Positions 12,684-26,456 are shown, counted from the stretch's first letter. The stretch: 64,000 bases of DNA from Eledone cirrhosa (GCA_964016885.1 OZ024745.1:121520001-121584000); one strand, 5' to 3'. The notes: a model not told the origin generated them from the sequence alone. Made by a program: numbers and translations.

Positions 12684-13476
12684 GTAAGTTTTGAACATAA
12701 TTATGTTAAACGATGATGATGATAAATGTCTTTTCCATTCTTAACTAGTATTTCATGCATCTACTAATTTCAATATTTCTTGTCATTGTAACTGTATTTT
12801 ATTTTATGAATTGTTTTCCTTTAACTCTTAAAATCCTGTAATGATTTAGCAAAAAATGTCTAAAAACAGATTTGTTAATTCAGATGTTTATATCTTTACT
12901 AACCATTATGAAAATCTTCAGTGTTAGAGCAAAGAGTTTAATTTTTAATGTGATGCAGTCATAGTACTGATTTATACTTTTCAAGAATGGCTTGCTAATG
13001 CAGTTTCTTGTACTAAGATTCTCCAAATATTTAATTTAAGCAACGCCTTTCATTAAAAAATAAGGTAATGAAAGGGTTATTTTACTATTTTTCATCCCTT
13101 TTCTTCCGTGCCAACATAAATGGGATAATTCTAACAGAATTGGACATTTGCATATTGTATAGCAGTTTTTATTTTATTTTTTTTAATGAATACTTTGTCT
13201 CAGTCAAACAGTGGAACCTGTTTCCCTGTCAAGCACCGTAGGACAGAGTTTGGTATCAGTGACTATAGTAGTAAAACCTGAACTCATAGTTGCTAGTACA
13301 TCACCTTAACTTTATAACCATGGTGTATCATATTTGATACCTAATATTAATTTAAAACTTTTGTTTCTCTGTGTAGATGGTATGCTCATGTCCTATAATA
13401 ACTACATAAGCTACATAGCCTTTTTAATTGGTTCATTTATTTAATAATTCAATCCCTAAACTCTTTTATGTTTTAG

Positions 13477-13670
13477 AAATGCTCGAATAGCTGTAAATCA
13501 ACTGTTGAAACTGAAAAAGGAATTAGAACCAAATGCTCCAGATGAAGAGGATGCAAAGGTGTTTACTCCTGCTGAAATCCAAGGTGGTCGCCCAGTATAT
13601 AAATGTCATGTTTGTATGCGTTCATTCCGTGGAAGTGCGTATCTGCGATTTCATCTTAGAAGCCACACAG
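13477..13670 (+). CDS. E4F1: E4F1 exon
   Basis: NARIAVNQLLKLKK...YKCHVCMRSFRGSAYLRFHLRSHT(G). Confidence 0.9.
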
Positions 13671-14419
13671 GTATGTTTTTTATTCAAAAATCTTCTTAGT
13701 TGCTTCGCATTAAGGCAAATGTGAAAATAATATATGATTCCATTTTGAAATATAAATATATGTTACTGACCCATGCTAAATGGAAAATGGACATTAAACA
13801 ATGATGATGATGAATTTATGTTCCTTCTTTTTGAAACACTTCCAGCCAGAATTCTCTCACCTCTTTCTGTTCAAACCAGCCATAACCGGCTGTTCATACT
13901 GATGTTAAGGTACTGTTCTCAAAATAAATAATATGAAAATCTCATAGATTCAATATTATTTGAGGTTAAGCCTTTACTGTGAAAATACAATAGTATGCAA
14001 ATGCTTAATGTATATAGTGTTCATAAAAAACACTTAATGATGATAGTTGATAGGAAATGTGCATAATTCAGTTATTATTCAACTTTGACATAGCCACACA
14101 AGTTTATGAATGTGATACAGAAGTAGATTGATAACTGTCAGAAAATGTACAGATTTAATTGAATTGAGTTGACCAATAAGATAAAGTGAAATGATTGAAG
14201 ACATATATGATCAGCTAAATATTAAATATTTAAAAACTGATTATAATTATGTTACAACACATTTTGTTTTTCAGTTTATATTTATTTTCTAGCCTTCATA
14301 CTTTAATGGGTCTCTCCATTTGGATATTTACATATGTTCTTGAATCGGGTGTTTTGCAGTTGAAAGGCATTTCTAATATTATGAGAAAAAATCGATTTTT
14401 ATGGAGACAATATAAGATA

Positions 14420-14980
14420 GAGGGGACCCTTTGATCTTGTCAAAGACATGACAACATCTCTAGTACTGGTGCAAGGATAAAATACACCCACTTCATACTG
14501 TAAAGTGGTAGTATTTGTGCCATAGTGAAACACACTGAATACACTCTGTAAAGTATTTGTGCAGATGCCATAATAAAATGCACTCAATACACTCTGAAAA
14601 AGTAGCTTTGGTGCCACAATAAAATGCATACTGTACACTCTGTAACATAGTGGTGCTGGTGCCTCAATAAAATATACCTGGTACACTCTGTAAAGTAGTG
14701 CTCGTGTAAAAAATAAATATACCCAGTACACTCTGTAAAAGATAGTGCTGTTGCCATTATGAAATGCACATAGTACATTCTGTAAAATGGTTGGTTCTAG
14801 GAAAGACATCAAGCCATAGAAACCTTGCTAAAATTTGGAATATACATGCAAGACACGATACTCTGCTCCATCTAGGAGAACAGTAACTGCAAAAAAATAA
14901 CTAACTTAAACTCAAACCATCACAGCTTCTCCACCCCATGCCAATATGACAAGTCAGCATAGAATTGTGATGCTGATGAT
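14420..14980 (+). mobile_element. (GAT)n-tailed SINE-like retroelement with internal 44-49-bp tandem units
   Basis: Repeated ...cagtacactctgtaaagt... units followed by taggaaagacatc...gtagaaac...cccatgc...gatgatg. Relatives at 6400-6730, 17355-17725, 21390-21760, 28370-30550, 30755-31060 and 45800-46100. Confidence 0.7.
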
Positions 14981-15296
14981 GATGTTCCAGTTAAATATAG
15001 TTAGCAAGACAACACCATGATGTTCCAGTTAAATATAGTTAGCAAGACAACACCATGATGTTCCAGTTAAATATAGTTAGCAAGACAACACCATGATGTT
15101 CCAGTTAAATATAGTTAGCAAGACAACACCATGATGTTCCAGTTAAATACAGTTAGCAAGACAACACCATGATGTTCCAGTTAAATACAGTTAGCAAGAC
15201 AACACTGTGATGTTCCAGTTAAATACAGTTAACGAGACAACACCATGCCGTGATGATGATGATGATGATGTTCCAGTTAGCAAGACAACACCATGA
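14979..15296. repeat. 38-bp minisatellite, about 7-8 copies
   Basis: atgatgttccagttaaatatagttagcaagacaacacc repeated, starting at a SINE (GAT)n tail. Confidence 0.95.
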
Positions 15297-15777
15297 CTTT
15301 GGTAAAAATATATATTCTTAGTAACTAGTTATTTCGAATGTAATAAAACTCATTTGTTTTTATGCCAAGACATTGATGCCTACATGAAACCTGATACAAA
15401 CGCAAACTTATATCATTCTGATGCACACACACACAAGCAATTTAAGGCCATTTTCCCTGCTAAAACGGCTTAGCTATGCAGGCCTCTCAATAGGTTCCAT
15501 ACTCATTGTGAGGCCCTTTCTAAGCCAATATTTTATGGTGGAATGCTCTTCCTGGCATCAACCTTTTTATTTGCTTCTTATGACATGCAGGGATATCGTG
15601 TACTTATTCTAAACTGGATGCACACAGCCAAAAGTTAAGATACCATTTACCAAAATAAGTTGAAGAACAATTGAATTTCATTATTGCATGTCTAAGAAAT
15701 ATATGCAACTTTTTTTAATATTCCTTTTTTTCCACTAATTGATATATATATATATATATATATTTGCATCAATTCAG

Positions 15778-15995
15778 GTGAGCGACCTTTTAAGTGCAAT
15801 GAATGTGGTAAAGCATTTACTACTAAAGACATGTTAAATAAACATGTTAGCACTCACTCAGAAGAACGCAACTTTAAATGTGGTGAATGTGGCAAGTTAT
15901 TCAAGCGAATTTCCCATGTACAAGAACATCTCAAAATTCACAGCACTATGCGTCCTTATACATGTTCGGTTTGTGAAAAATCTTTCAAAACATCT
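15778..15995 (+). CDS. E4F1: E4F1 exon
   Basis: ERPFKCNECGKAF...ERNFKCGECGKLFKRISHVQEHLKIHSTMRPYTCSVCEKSFKTS. Confidence 0.93.
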
Positions 15996-16539
15996 GTAAG
16001 TATATTTTGCTGTTTTAGATATTTTGGGATTTGTTTTGATAAATATGTATAAAAATAAAAATTAAGTGAATAGAAGCCTAACATCAGAACAATGGCTGTG
16101 TGGTTAAGGAGTGTGATTTGGGGTTCTGTCCACACACTGCATGGAACCTTAGGCAACTGTCTTGTACTATATCCTCAGGTTGACCAATGCTGCCTTGTGG
16201 GCAACATCCTGTCTACACTGTACAGGTGCACAGTTACTGTTAGGTGCTACATGCATCAAAATAGTGATTAGGAAAAATGGTCAGTGGTTTGGCAGGGTAA
16301 GAGAAAAGGAAAGAGGAGAAACATAAGGGAAGTAGGTTAGATTAGGGATGGGGCATTGTTGTAACCTAACTATATATATCTCTTTAAGCGGTATTTGTAC
16401 TATGAGGAATAAATGTACTATAATGAATTAAAAAATGGGTAGTGTTTGAAAAGACTAAAATAAATAAATGAAAAATTAACTATGTAGGTAAGGCAAAACA
16501 CCAGTGCAGTGTGTATTGTGTGAAAAGACTATCAGAAGA

Positions 16540-17035
16540 ATATAAATATATGTGTGTACACATGCACACAGAGACACACACACACGTGCACACGTCCATA
16601 CATATAAATATACGTGTGTACACATGCACACAGAGACACACACGTGCGCACGTCCATACATATATCCATATAAATATATGTACACATGTATATTACCTCA
16701 GATGCGCAGACACCTAAGATATGCCGAGCCACACACACACACATAGGCACGTAAATATATGTGCAGGTGGATGTATATATGGAATAGCTACATTGGTTAT
16801 CTTGTACACAGGTACACATGCTCTCCCATGTATACGTAGTTTCTGACGCAGCCTTGCGCGCACAGACATACACATGTCTGTGTCCCTGCATATGTACACA
16901 CTAACGAAGTATGCATGTTCATAGGCCCAAGGGTCCATACAACTATGTACTTGTGCAGGGCTGTACGCATATATACACACACACACACATATATATACAT
17001 ATAGACACAAATATGTGTGGATGTGTATGCACTAA
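16540..17035. repeat. Compound (CA)/(TA)/(TG) low-complexity alternating purine-pyrimidine tract
   Basis: Directly visible. Confidence 0.85.
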
Positions 17036-17792
17036 TAGTGTGTCTAGACAGCTATTGTATGGGAATATATGGAGGTAAAAAAAAATTTCTATGGGATAAG
17101 ATAAGGGTAAAAGTGTGCTGTAAAAAGCATGTAATGTTAATACCATATTGCATCCTGTATCATGTCCCCCACCACTAAACGTATCACCATGTATTCACCA
17201 CTCCCACACACACATACTTCACACCCATGGGGCACGCACAAACATTACACCTCACAGTTGACTTCATCGCTTCCATTTCTATCACCAAATTCACCACCAT
17301 TACTTAACATTTTTGATCAATTAAATATTGAGGTTGATTAAATTAACTGACACCCCACCCCATTCTCCCACTGTATAGTGGGCATATAAGTATCACGACA
17401 AAAAGTAGCCAGCCCACACTGTAAAGTGGTCATGTAGGTGTCATGACAAAGAGCACCCAGTCCACACAGTAAAGTGGTTGTGTAGGTGTCACAACAAAGA
17501 GCACCTAGTCCACACTGTAAGGTAGTTGTGTAGGTGTCAAAAAGCACCCAGTACTCACTGTAAATGAAGTTGGCGTTAGGAAGGGCATCCAGTTGTAGAA
17601 ACCAACCCAAAATCAGTTCTCTATAAGGAAGACATGGTCACCTGATCTAGCATTGCCCACAACAGGACAACTCGTCTAACCCATGCCAGCATGGAAGAAT
17701 GGACGTGTAACAGTGATGATGATATATATCAGTTTAATAGAAGATCAAAGCAATTTTATTCATACTTCTGTAATATTTCTACTTTTTAACAG

Positions 17793-17991
17793 AATGCATT
17801 AAAAGTACATCTGCGAATCCACACTGATGTTCTTCCTTATGAGTGTCAGTTTTGCCAGCGCCACTTCCGTGAAAAAGGCTCTTTGCAAAGACATGTGCGT
17901 ATGCACACTGGTGAACGTCCATTTCAGTGTAAATTCTGTAATCGGAGTTTTGCAGAACATGGTACTTTGAACCGACATCTCAAAGCCAAAG
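17793..17991 (+). CDS. E4F1: E4F1 exon
   Basis: NALKVHLRIH...CQFCQRHFREKGSLQRHVRMHTGERPFQCKFCNRSFAEHGTLNRHLKAK; FREKGSL and FAEHGTLNRHL are E4F1 signatures. Confidence 0.95.
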
Positions 17992-18596
17992 GTAATTTTT
18001 TTCTGCTATCTGGTTCAAATTGATTATTTTTAACTTGATTATTATCTTGTTACTGAATACTGTGTCTATGGATTCACTTTGCAACATTTCAGGCAATGGT
18101 TTCAACTACTTCCTCATTAATCCGTTCTTTTATTGAAGTTAGGCTTTGTAGGTCAAAAACTAGCTTTAAATTCTTGAATATGAAGAAGTCATTGCAAATC
18201 AGGTGTCAACCACCTCAACTGATCAATACCTATTAACCCTTTCATTACCACATTCCTAATCAAATTCTCTGCCTGTGTTTCAATTAATTTTGAAAATAAT
18301 CAAGAATTCCTAAGGATTTAGTAACATAACTAACTTTTTCATTATTAAACTGGTGTTTAGATTGCAATGGATTGACAGAGTCTTTATGGTATTGGACAAA
18401 TGATTAACAGTATTTGTTCCAAGTCTTTATTTTCAGCATTCAAATCCTGCCATGGACTACTTTTATTGTTATTATTTCTATACTATCATTACTTTATTAT
18501 TTTTGCCAGTCATCAGATCACCTTTTATCTATATACTTTTTTAAAAAGACCCAATTTTTGTTTGGAATATATTCAGCATTTTTCTTTTTATTGTAG

Positions 18597-18739
18597 TTCC
18601 TTGCATTCGGCTAGCAAAATACAAGGAAGTTACAGAGGGTACTTACCCAACGGTATTAGCGGAATTTTCATCTGTTGTAGCTGATACTCAGCAGTATATT
18701 GTATCTGAGAGAGAAGAAAAGAATGATTCTGAACTAGAG
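18597..18739 (+). CDS. E4F1: E4F1 exon
   Basis: VPCIRLAK...TVLAEFSSVVADTQQYIVS; matches the conserved E4F1 EFSSVVADTQEY motif. Confidence 0.92.
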
Positions 18740-19945
18740 GTATGGCTTGTAAATGATACATTAAACTTGTTTTGCCCTGAAATGTGAATTTCCATTTACA
18801 AAAGCATAAAATATTAATTCTGTTGCTCAATATTTAAATCAACACATAAAGGGTCTTCAAGTGTTTTAAGACCATTTCCCAGCTAGAGCAGGGGTTAGTC
18901 TTGTGGGCACTCATAAGGTCCTTTTGGTAACCTCCTACAATATGGTGAAGCTAATCTAAACTGGATAAATTGTTGAACTAATAATCACAAATTCCATAAG
19001 TTCAGATTTTACTACTTTCCTGGTGCTGTTCCTTGTTTCAATTTACCTGATTGAACAAAAATCATTCCCCACCCCTGCTTCACATTTTAGTGACTAGCTA
19101 TAGGATGATCATCTATCTGGAAAGATGTTAACACCATCAAATAAAATATTTTACTCATGTAATCATGGAAAATGGATATGAAACAGCAACACACCACTAT
19201 CTGGCCTTTGAATGTATTTAGTGGAGTTCACTCTGCTGCAAACAGTCAAAGCATGTTCCCAACAAATGGTTATTGTTGTCTCATGGTGCACCAACACTAC
19301 ACTTTCCTAGATACCATAAACTAAAATCAAATCTGATGGACAATTTTCTCTTCTCTTTAAAAACCATGAATTTCAATTCAACCCAGATCCTCCCCCCTCT
19401 ACTTACATCACCTCCTTCTAAAACACAACCCTCATAGCCTATTCCTCTTCTCTGTGGCACAAATCTTTCAGTACATCTTCTCTGTCCAGAATACACTCTT
19501 TCCTGATACTTCACTCAGAAATTTATGTCTATGTTCTGCCACATCTGCATTCCTCCATGTCTTGGATTGGTAGCTTCTTGTCAGATTGAACTATCACAGC
19601 CTATGCTGAGAGCATCCTCTGACACATTCTACCAACTCTGGTTTGCTGTAGAGAAAGATTGTTTAAAATATTGTTCAATTCAGTGCCACACACATTATTA
19701 TGATAAATTATTTAAACCGGCCATATCCGACCAGAATTCTCTCACCTTTTTCTGTTCAAACCAGCTGTAACTCATACTTACCACTCATACTTATGTTAAG
19801 GTATTGTTCTCAAAATCTTATAGACTCAATATTATGAGATATTATGCAAGATAAAGCCTTTACCATGAAAATACAATGGTATATATAGAGTAATGTAAAT
19901 GCTAAAGGGTGAAAATAACAATTTTTTCCTTGTTTCTGTTTCCAG

Positions 19946-20656
19946 ACTGCTGAATATGTAGTGCTGCATACGAATTTAACATCAGATGAAATTATTCAGA
20001 ATGTAGAAATTAGTGCTGATCCTCATGGCGTACAGCACTCAATGTTGGAGGCTACAGGATCTGAAGAAACTGCATCATACATTGTAGTAAGCACAGGTTC
20101 CCAAGAAAATAATCTTGATATGCTTGATATACAAACTGTGGAAAGTTTAATTCTTCCTGCTGAAGAACAGGTTGTTCAGCAATCAGATATTGAAGTTAGT
20201 GTTGTCAATGAGGAGAATGAACAAATTGTTGATGATAATGAACAAATTGTTGATGATAATGAGAACAGTAATGAGGATAATGATGCTAACAATGTTGATG
20301 ATCACATTGTAGATAACAATGAAGATATCATTGATCAGAACAGTGGCATTAATACTGTTGAAGATCTACAAACGGTAACACTAGTTCAACAGGCTATTCC
20401 TAATGAAAACAATGAAATCCATACTATAGCAATGGCTCCACAAGAGGAAAATACTGTGTGTGTTTCTACATCAGATACCATTCACCAAGCTATTATAACT
20501 GTTAATATGGCAGATTCTACTGATATAATGGCTACTTGCAACCACGAACAATCTCTCGACATATCTGCTGATATGATGGATGCTTGCAGCCAGGAACAAT
20601 CTCTTGACATATCTTCTATCCAGGAAGTAAGTGCTATGGATGTGGATGAAAGCTGA
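19946..20656 (+). CDS. E4F1: E4F1 terminal coding exon (acidic tail)
   Basis: tccag|ACT GCT GAA TAT, open to TGA at 20654-20656; internal NEQIVDD and EQSLDIS repeats. Confidence 0.88.
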   Translation, partial: TAEYVVLHTNLTSDEIIQNVEISADPHGVQHSMLEATGSEETASYIVVSTGSQENNLDMLDIQTVESLILPAEEQVVQQSDIEVSVVNEENEQIVDDNEQIVDDNENSNEDNDANNVDDHIVDNNEDIIDQNSGINTVEDLQTVTLVQQAIPNENNEIHTIAMAPQEENTVCVSTSDTIHQAIITVNMADSTDIMATCNHEQSLDISADMMDACSQEQSLDISSIQEVSAMDVDES

Positions 20657-21859
20657 CATTGAAAATTATAATCTCTCTATATGTAATTGTTAATGAAGGA
20701 TGGAAGACTGTTTGACCAGCTGCTGCAAAACTAGTGGGGGTCCTTGGATTCACTAGTTACATTAAACAATAGGGAAAAAATGTAGCAACAAATATATATT
20801 TTTATCAGAAAAAAAAGTAAATATGGGGAGTACATACTTTGAGTGTTATCAATAAATCTTGATAGTATGAAAATGATATAAAAAGAATGATACTCTAGAA
20901 AAAAATGGAAAATTTGAATGGTTTAAATTGAAATACAGAACTGAAAAATAAAATAATCTTTTATAAAATATTTCTGGTTCAACTTATTTTTTCTGCAAAA
21001 TTTGGTAAAAAAATAAATCTTGTGTGTGTAGTTTGATAAGAAGTGAGAATTTCTTAATAATTTTAGCTATAGTATTACCAGTAGTAATTTAAACCAGTAT
21101 AACTATGTCTCTTAATTAGAATTGTAATTCTAATTAATACATAGACTTTTTATCCTGTTGATATCTCATGAAAGTAAATATTTAATTTCTAAAAGAACAT
21201 CATCATACTCATCATCAGTTTTAAGTTTTTTCCATGCTGGCATTGGTTGGTTGGAGATTTTTGACAGAATTCTGCAGTGAGACACCCTTCCTGATGCCAA
21301 CTCACTGAGAACTGGGGTCTCTTTACAAGGAATGTAAACAAATAACACCGCCTACAATGTCTGAGACGAGGAGACAAACACTCATATCATCATCACTATT
21401 CTATATCTATTTTCCATGCTTGTATGGGTTAGAGTTATGTTGTAAGGCCATACAGGTCAGATGACTGTCTCTCATTCATACTTACCATTTCAGTATGGTT
21501 TCTATGGATGTGTGCCAGTCTCTTCACAGCATGTACCAGGTGCATTTTATTGTAGCATTGCCACTAACACCTTACAGAGTGAACTGGGTGCATTTTATTG
21601 TGGTACCACCAATACCACTTTACAGTGCGGTCTAACTACGTTTTATGGCACTAGCACTACCACTTTACAGCGTGGGCTAATTGCATTTTATCATGGCACC
21701 AACACAACCTCTTTACAGTGTGGGCTGAGTGCATCTTATAATGGCACCAACACAACCATATATTGTTTGCTGGGGAAGAGGTGGCTTTATAGAGCGAAAT
21801 CTGGCAGTATATTGTGGGGTGCACTCATCTTTCCATGCTGGCATGGGTGGATGAAGTGA

Positions 21860-22105
21860 GAATTCAGGGATGTGAGAGCAAGTGTTGGGTGATGTAGTGT
21901 GAGACTGAGCAAGCAAAGTCTGACAATGCAGTGAACATCTTTCTATAGCCATGTCTGCACTAAAATACTCTTTAAATGTTATATAGCTCCTACAGCAATA
22001 ATTGCAGATACTTGTGTGCTTCAACATCAGACACCATTCACCAAACTATTATAACTGTTAATATGGCTGATTGGTTACACATTGACCATAACATCCATGA
22101 ATTGC
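21860..22105 (+). pseudogene. Decayed duplicate of part of the E4F1 last exon
   Basis: acatcagacaccattcaccaaactattataactgttaatatggctgatt is nearly identical to 20468-20516. Confidence 0.7.
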
Positions 22106-22889
22106 TATTTTCAAAAATTATATATTTTGAAATGAAAATTTATTAGAAATAGAAAATTTATGCAATAAAATATGGTTTGAATCAATAATTGAAAGAACTG
22201 GGGGAGTAAGATTAAATTTGAAATATAAAGCAGCATTGCAATTATCAAAAACATTAACAAAGAATAGAGTTGGGAAGATTTCAAAATAATTTAAGACATA
22301 TTAGATTTTTTATAATTATAGAAAACAAGATGAAGGTTTTCAGGCTTGATATTATATTTAATTATATACAACATTCTGAAAATTATATATACATGAATAT
22401 ATCTCTTCAAAACACCCAAGCAATATCTCTAATTTATCAGACTCATAACATTAATATTCAGTCATTAAATTATCTCTAACTTCATATTTAACACCAGAGG
22501 AAGCCTTAACATGATTGCTCAACATACTAAAAGTAGCTACCAAGTTTCACCTTAACATCCTGTAACCACTTAGCAAATAATATTTTTCAAAAATTGGTTT
22601 AATTCAAATATATAGTTTGCTAGTGGACAAATCATTGTAAAAGTATTTGAGTAAAAACATCAATTTTTAATGTGGTGCAATCGCAGTGTTGTTTGTATTT
22701 TTCAAGAATGTCTTGCTTATGCAGTTTCAGATGGTACAGGATTTTAAGATGAAAACAAAAAGAAAGGTTATGGCTAAAACGCCTTTGATCATAGGTCTGT
22801 TTACTCAGGGCTGTAACTTACCTATACATTATTTAAATTTAGAAATTCTTCAATAAAAATAAAAATGTTAGCAGTAGAAATATTTTCTA

Positions 22890-25184
22890 CTAAGATATTG
22901 TTTCTTGCATCTTATCCATTTTATTCAAGTATGTTAACCAGTGTTGGCGAAGGGAATTATCTGTACCTGTACCGCGTTTCAATTCAAGTTTTTCCAGAAG
23001 TGATAACAAGATTGGTGCATTTTCTTGTAAAAGATCTGGATGAAAAGCCAGCAATTTATTCCATAGTTGACTCAGAGTGGCTGGAAAATTATCAAAATAG
23101 TTGCGCAAAAATTGATTCAAGATTGCTAATAATTCTTTTTGAGATATTTCTGTAGAATATTGATAACTTGCTTTCAGTAAGAGGCTCAGTAGGTGAGTTG
23201 TACTTTGTTTAAGTTGAGGATTTTTTGTAAGTAAATAACATTCCAGAAGTGGCCTGAGCAGTAAGATTGTGTCATTAGCGACATCTTCAGTTGATATTGT
23301 CATTTCAATAACTTCTCCAATAAACTGAATACTGATAATTGCAGATTCAGGAAGTTTTAAGCCTTCAACTTTAAGAGTGTTTTCTTGTAAAGTCGTCCAA
23401 ATAAAATTTCGGAAATTTCTAGCATTAGCCATGCTGCTTGTAATCAGTTTATCTGTAAGTATATGTACCAAAGGATGATGTTTTACCTGAAATGAAAAAC
23501 TAGTTTCTTCTTTGCTACGTTTCAATGGAAATCTTGGCAAATATTGCAAGACTATATCTTTGAGTCTCCTTTGGACATATGGAGCATACCGACTATTGAT
23601 TTTACTCAGACCCAAAACAAATAAATGAAGTGTATCATGCACAACTGTCTTTATTATTGGGTTGAGGGGTTTAGAAGGAATAAATAGAGAATGAGGGAAA
23701 AGTAAACAATCAATGGCATGTTGTAAACAAGGTGCATTAAACAATAATGATGCACAATATTTTACAAGGTTACCTATACTGGTATATATGTACCGTACAA
23801 TAGATGTACTCGAAGGGTTATCAAGAAGTGGTTTTATATAAACACTGATATCTTCAAAAACTAACTTTATGTCTTCTTTCAATTTCATTTTGTCCTCCCA
23901 GCTAACAGTATCTTCATGAGCCTTTGCAAATACTTTAAAAAGTTCTATAAGAACTTCACATTCACTTGACAAATCCATTTTATTTGTTATAGAACTGATT
24001 CTCCTAATGGCAGGCAATTCTATCACATATTTGGTTACAACTTCAAGCTGTTTCGAGGGAACAGGTCCCAACAATAAACAACATCTAAGCCAACTATGGA
24101 TTAATTTCATCTGTAGTGATCCTTTAACAAATTGATCCTCGCTGACTTTTAAATTTTCAGCAACAGAAGATTCTGACAAAACATGACCAAGAAAACGACA
24201 AGTAATTGACACATTGATAGATACATCACAAACAAATTTTGAGAAGATTGAGGAAAAACTGGGACTCCAGTCAGGAAGTGTAAGTGAAAGACAGAGAAAC
24301 TGAGCTGCCAGGTCAGCTACTTCAGGTAGTACATTTGAAGATTTGGCTTCACTCTCAATAAATGGGAAAACATTCAACCACATATTTTGAGCCATCTGTT
24401 CATGATGATCATTTGGTATGAATATATCTCCTTCAGTTTCTTGTTGAGTTTTCACCAAAGAAAGCAGCTTTGAAAGAATTGTACTAAACAAAACAAACAT
24501 ACTACATATTTCAAAACTTTGGCAAGCTGTTAAAATAGGGCTGAAGTCTTTTGTGATGAGTTTATATTCAGATAAAGTTAATTCAGGACTAGAATCAATG
24601 AAGTCCTGTAAACTATCTACATGAACTCGAAGGACATCCCACAATGCCCGTCGCCTGTGTATATCATTGGAGTCTGAGGCAAATTTACTACTTATGTAAT
24701 TCAACAATGGTATTAGTTTATCAATTGCAGCACTACAATCACTATTCCAGTGCATAAGAATGGACATTCCTACATAAATTCCCTTTAATATCACACACTG
24801 ACGTTTGGTATCAGCTAATCGAAAATCAATCATGTTATAAAGATCAAACAGAGAACTGAGTAACTGATCATCATGTGTGCATAATGTGAAGCTAAGAAAC
24901 AACTCAGTGAACTGTGTAAGACCAGTTTCAGTTAATTCTTGCATTCCCCTTTGATGAAACTTTGATAAAAGCCGTCCTTTAAAATTCCGCCAGGCTGAGT
25001 TGTTCCCATCGTTAACAAATTCTTTGAGTTGCTGACAAGTTAGATGAAGAAATAAGTGAAAACTATTTTCTTTAGAAAGAGCAGCTAAATCAAGTTCTTT
25101 GTTATTTAGCTTCAAGCATTTTTCAAATAATTCACGAGCAGTTTTCACTTTGATTACCAAGCCAGATAATCCAGATGAAGAAAT
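22890..25184 (-). CDS. MMS22L: MMS22-like protein, coding exon 3 (last)
   Basis: ttgcag acceptor; 764 codons plus stop; NSFHLFLHL, KGRLLSKFHQRGMQELTETGL and EKLELKRGTG resemble MMS22L. Confidence 0.92.
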   Translation of the reverse strand: MSSSGLSGLVIKVKTARELFEKCLKLNNKELDLAALSKENSFHLFLHLTCQQLKEFVNDGNNSAWRNFKGRLLSKFHQRGMQELTETGLTQFTELFLSFTLCTHDDQLLSSLFDLYNMIDFRLADTKRQCVILKGIYVGMSILMHWNSDCSAAIDKLIPLLNYISSKFASDSNDIHRRRALWDVLRVHVDSLQDFIDSSPELTLSEYKLITKDFSPILTACQSFEICSMFVLFSTILSKLLSLVKTQQETEGDIFIPNDHHEQMAQNMWLNVFPFIESEAKSSNVLPEVADLAAQFLCLSLTLPDWSPSFSSIFSKFVCDVSINVSITCRFLGHVLSESSVAENLKVSEDQFVKGSLQMKLIHSWLRCCLLLGPVPSKQLEVVTKYVIELPAIRRISSITNKMDLSSECEVLIELFKVFAKAHEDTVSWEDKMKLKEDIKLVFEDISVYIKPLLDNPSSTSIVRYIYTSIGNLVKYCASLLFNAPCLQHAIDCLLFPHSLFIPSKPLNPIIKTVVHDTLHLFVLGLSKINSRYAPYVQRRLKDIVLQYLPRFPLKRSKEETSFSFQVKHHPLVHILTDKLITSSMANARNFRNFIWTTLQENTLKVEGLKLPESAIISIQFIGEVIEMTISTEDVANDTILLLRPLLECYLLTKNPQLKQSTTHLLSLLLKASYQYSTEISQKELLAILNQFLRNYFDNFPATLSQLWNKLLAFHPDLLQENAPILLSLLEKLELKRGTGTDNSLRQHWLTYLNKMDKMQETIS

Positions 25185-26456
25185 CTGCAAGACATGAAAA
25201 TATGAATTTAAAAAGATATTTCACATATATCTAAAAGATGTGAAACAATAAATGCTGAAATGGTAACATTCGAGAAAAAATTGCGAAGATATACAAAGTG
25301 TCATTCTTTTGTAGAAGGAGGGGATGAAATTTCACTAATCTGATCCTTCTAGACAGCAATAGCTTTGTAACTCACTAAATTCTTTGATAACATGCATAGT
25401 GTTGGAGGACGAAATACTTTGTTGTATGTATGTTAGGAAGGGCATCCAGCCGTAGAAATCAAGCCAAAATCAGTTCTGTATGAGCGAATCAGGGTCCCAC
25501 GACCTAATCCCTCACAAAGGGATAGCCCATCCTACCCATAATAGCGTGGAAGATGGACGTTAAACGATGATGATGATGATGATGATTCTTGCTCTAGAAT
25601 CTGAGGTCAAATCCTGTTGAGGTAAAATACTAGGGTCAACTTAATCGTGTTTCCCCTCATCCCTAAAATTGCGCCTAAATTAGAAACAATTATTTAGTGA
25701 GAGGAGGGGCAGAATTTCTGGTCCCAGAGTCTGGTAGGGGTCATATACAGTACTGGAATTGTAAAGATGAAAGGCAGAGTTAAACTCAGAATATAAAGAC
25801 CAATGACTGAACACTGTGAGGAATTTGGTTCAATATGCTGTTTCCACCAACCCTTTGATCTTCTTCGCCCACTTATTCCTGGGAGGGTCATGGGGGCAGA
25901 GTCTTCAAACACTCTTTCCAGCCAGTCCTGTCAGAAGCAACCGTCTCCAACTGATCCAGCTGGATCTCCAAGCGAGACCAGCTAATCTCATGGATGTTAT
26001 CCAACCATCTTGCTCTGGGTCTCCTAACTGTTGGTTTCGCCCGTAAAATCTGTCCAGTGATTCTTTCCTGAGACATTCTAACCACATTCCCTCTGTTAAC
26101 TTCAAATATGAACAAGTATATAATATTGATTTATTTTATCTAGGTGCTGTGCACCGAGTTTTTAAAAGGGCAGATATGAAATGTTGCAGCAGTTATGCTT
26201 TTCTGATGGGGATAGAGAAATGCAGGGAAATTACTGTAGCCAATAATTGAAACTGCGGATTAGATTCATCATTATGGTTGTTAATATTAATTCTGTCAAG
26301 TGGGTGAAAATGAGCAAGATAGAACATCAGATAGTGTGCTTCATGGTAGCTAGCTTAGTATCTCAAATTATGCCATTCCTTTTTGCAGCTTCCTTTAAAT
26401 AAGTAGTAGTACTTTACACTGGAATCATCATCATTTTACGTCCTCTTTTCCCCGAG

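Noticed and set aside
16476-17146. Cluster of short His/Cys/Val-rich ORFs
   Set aside because: Dinucleotide microsatellite translations
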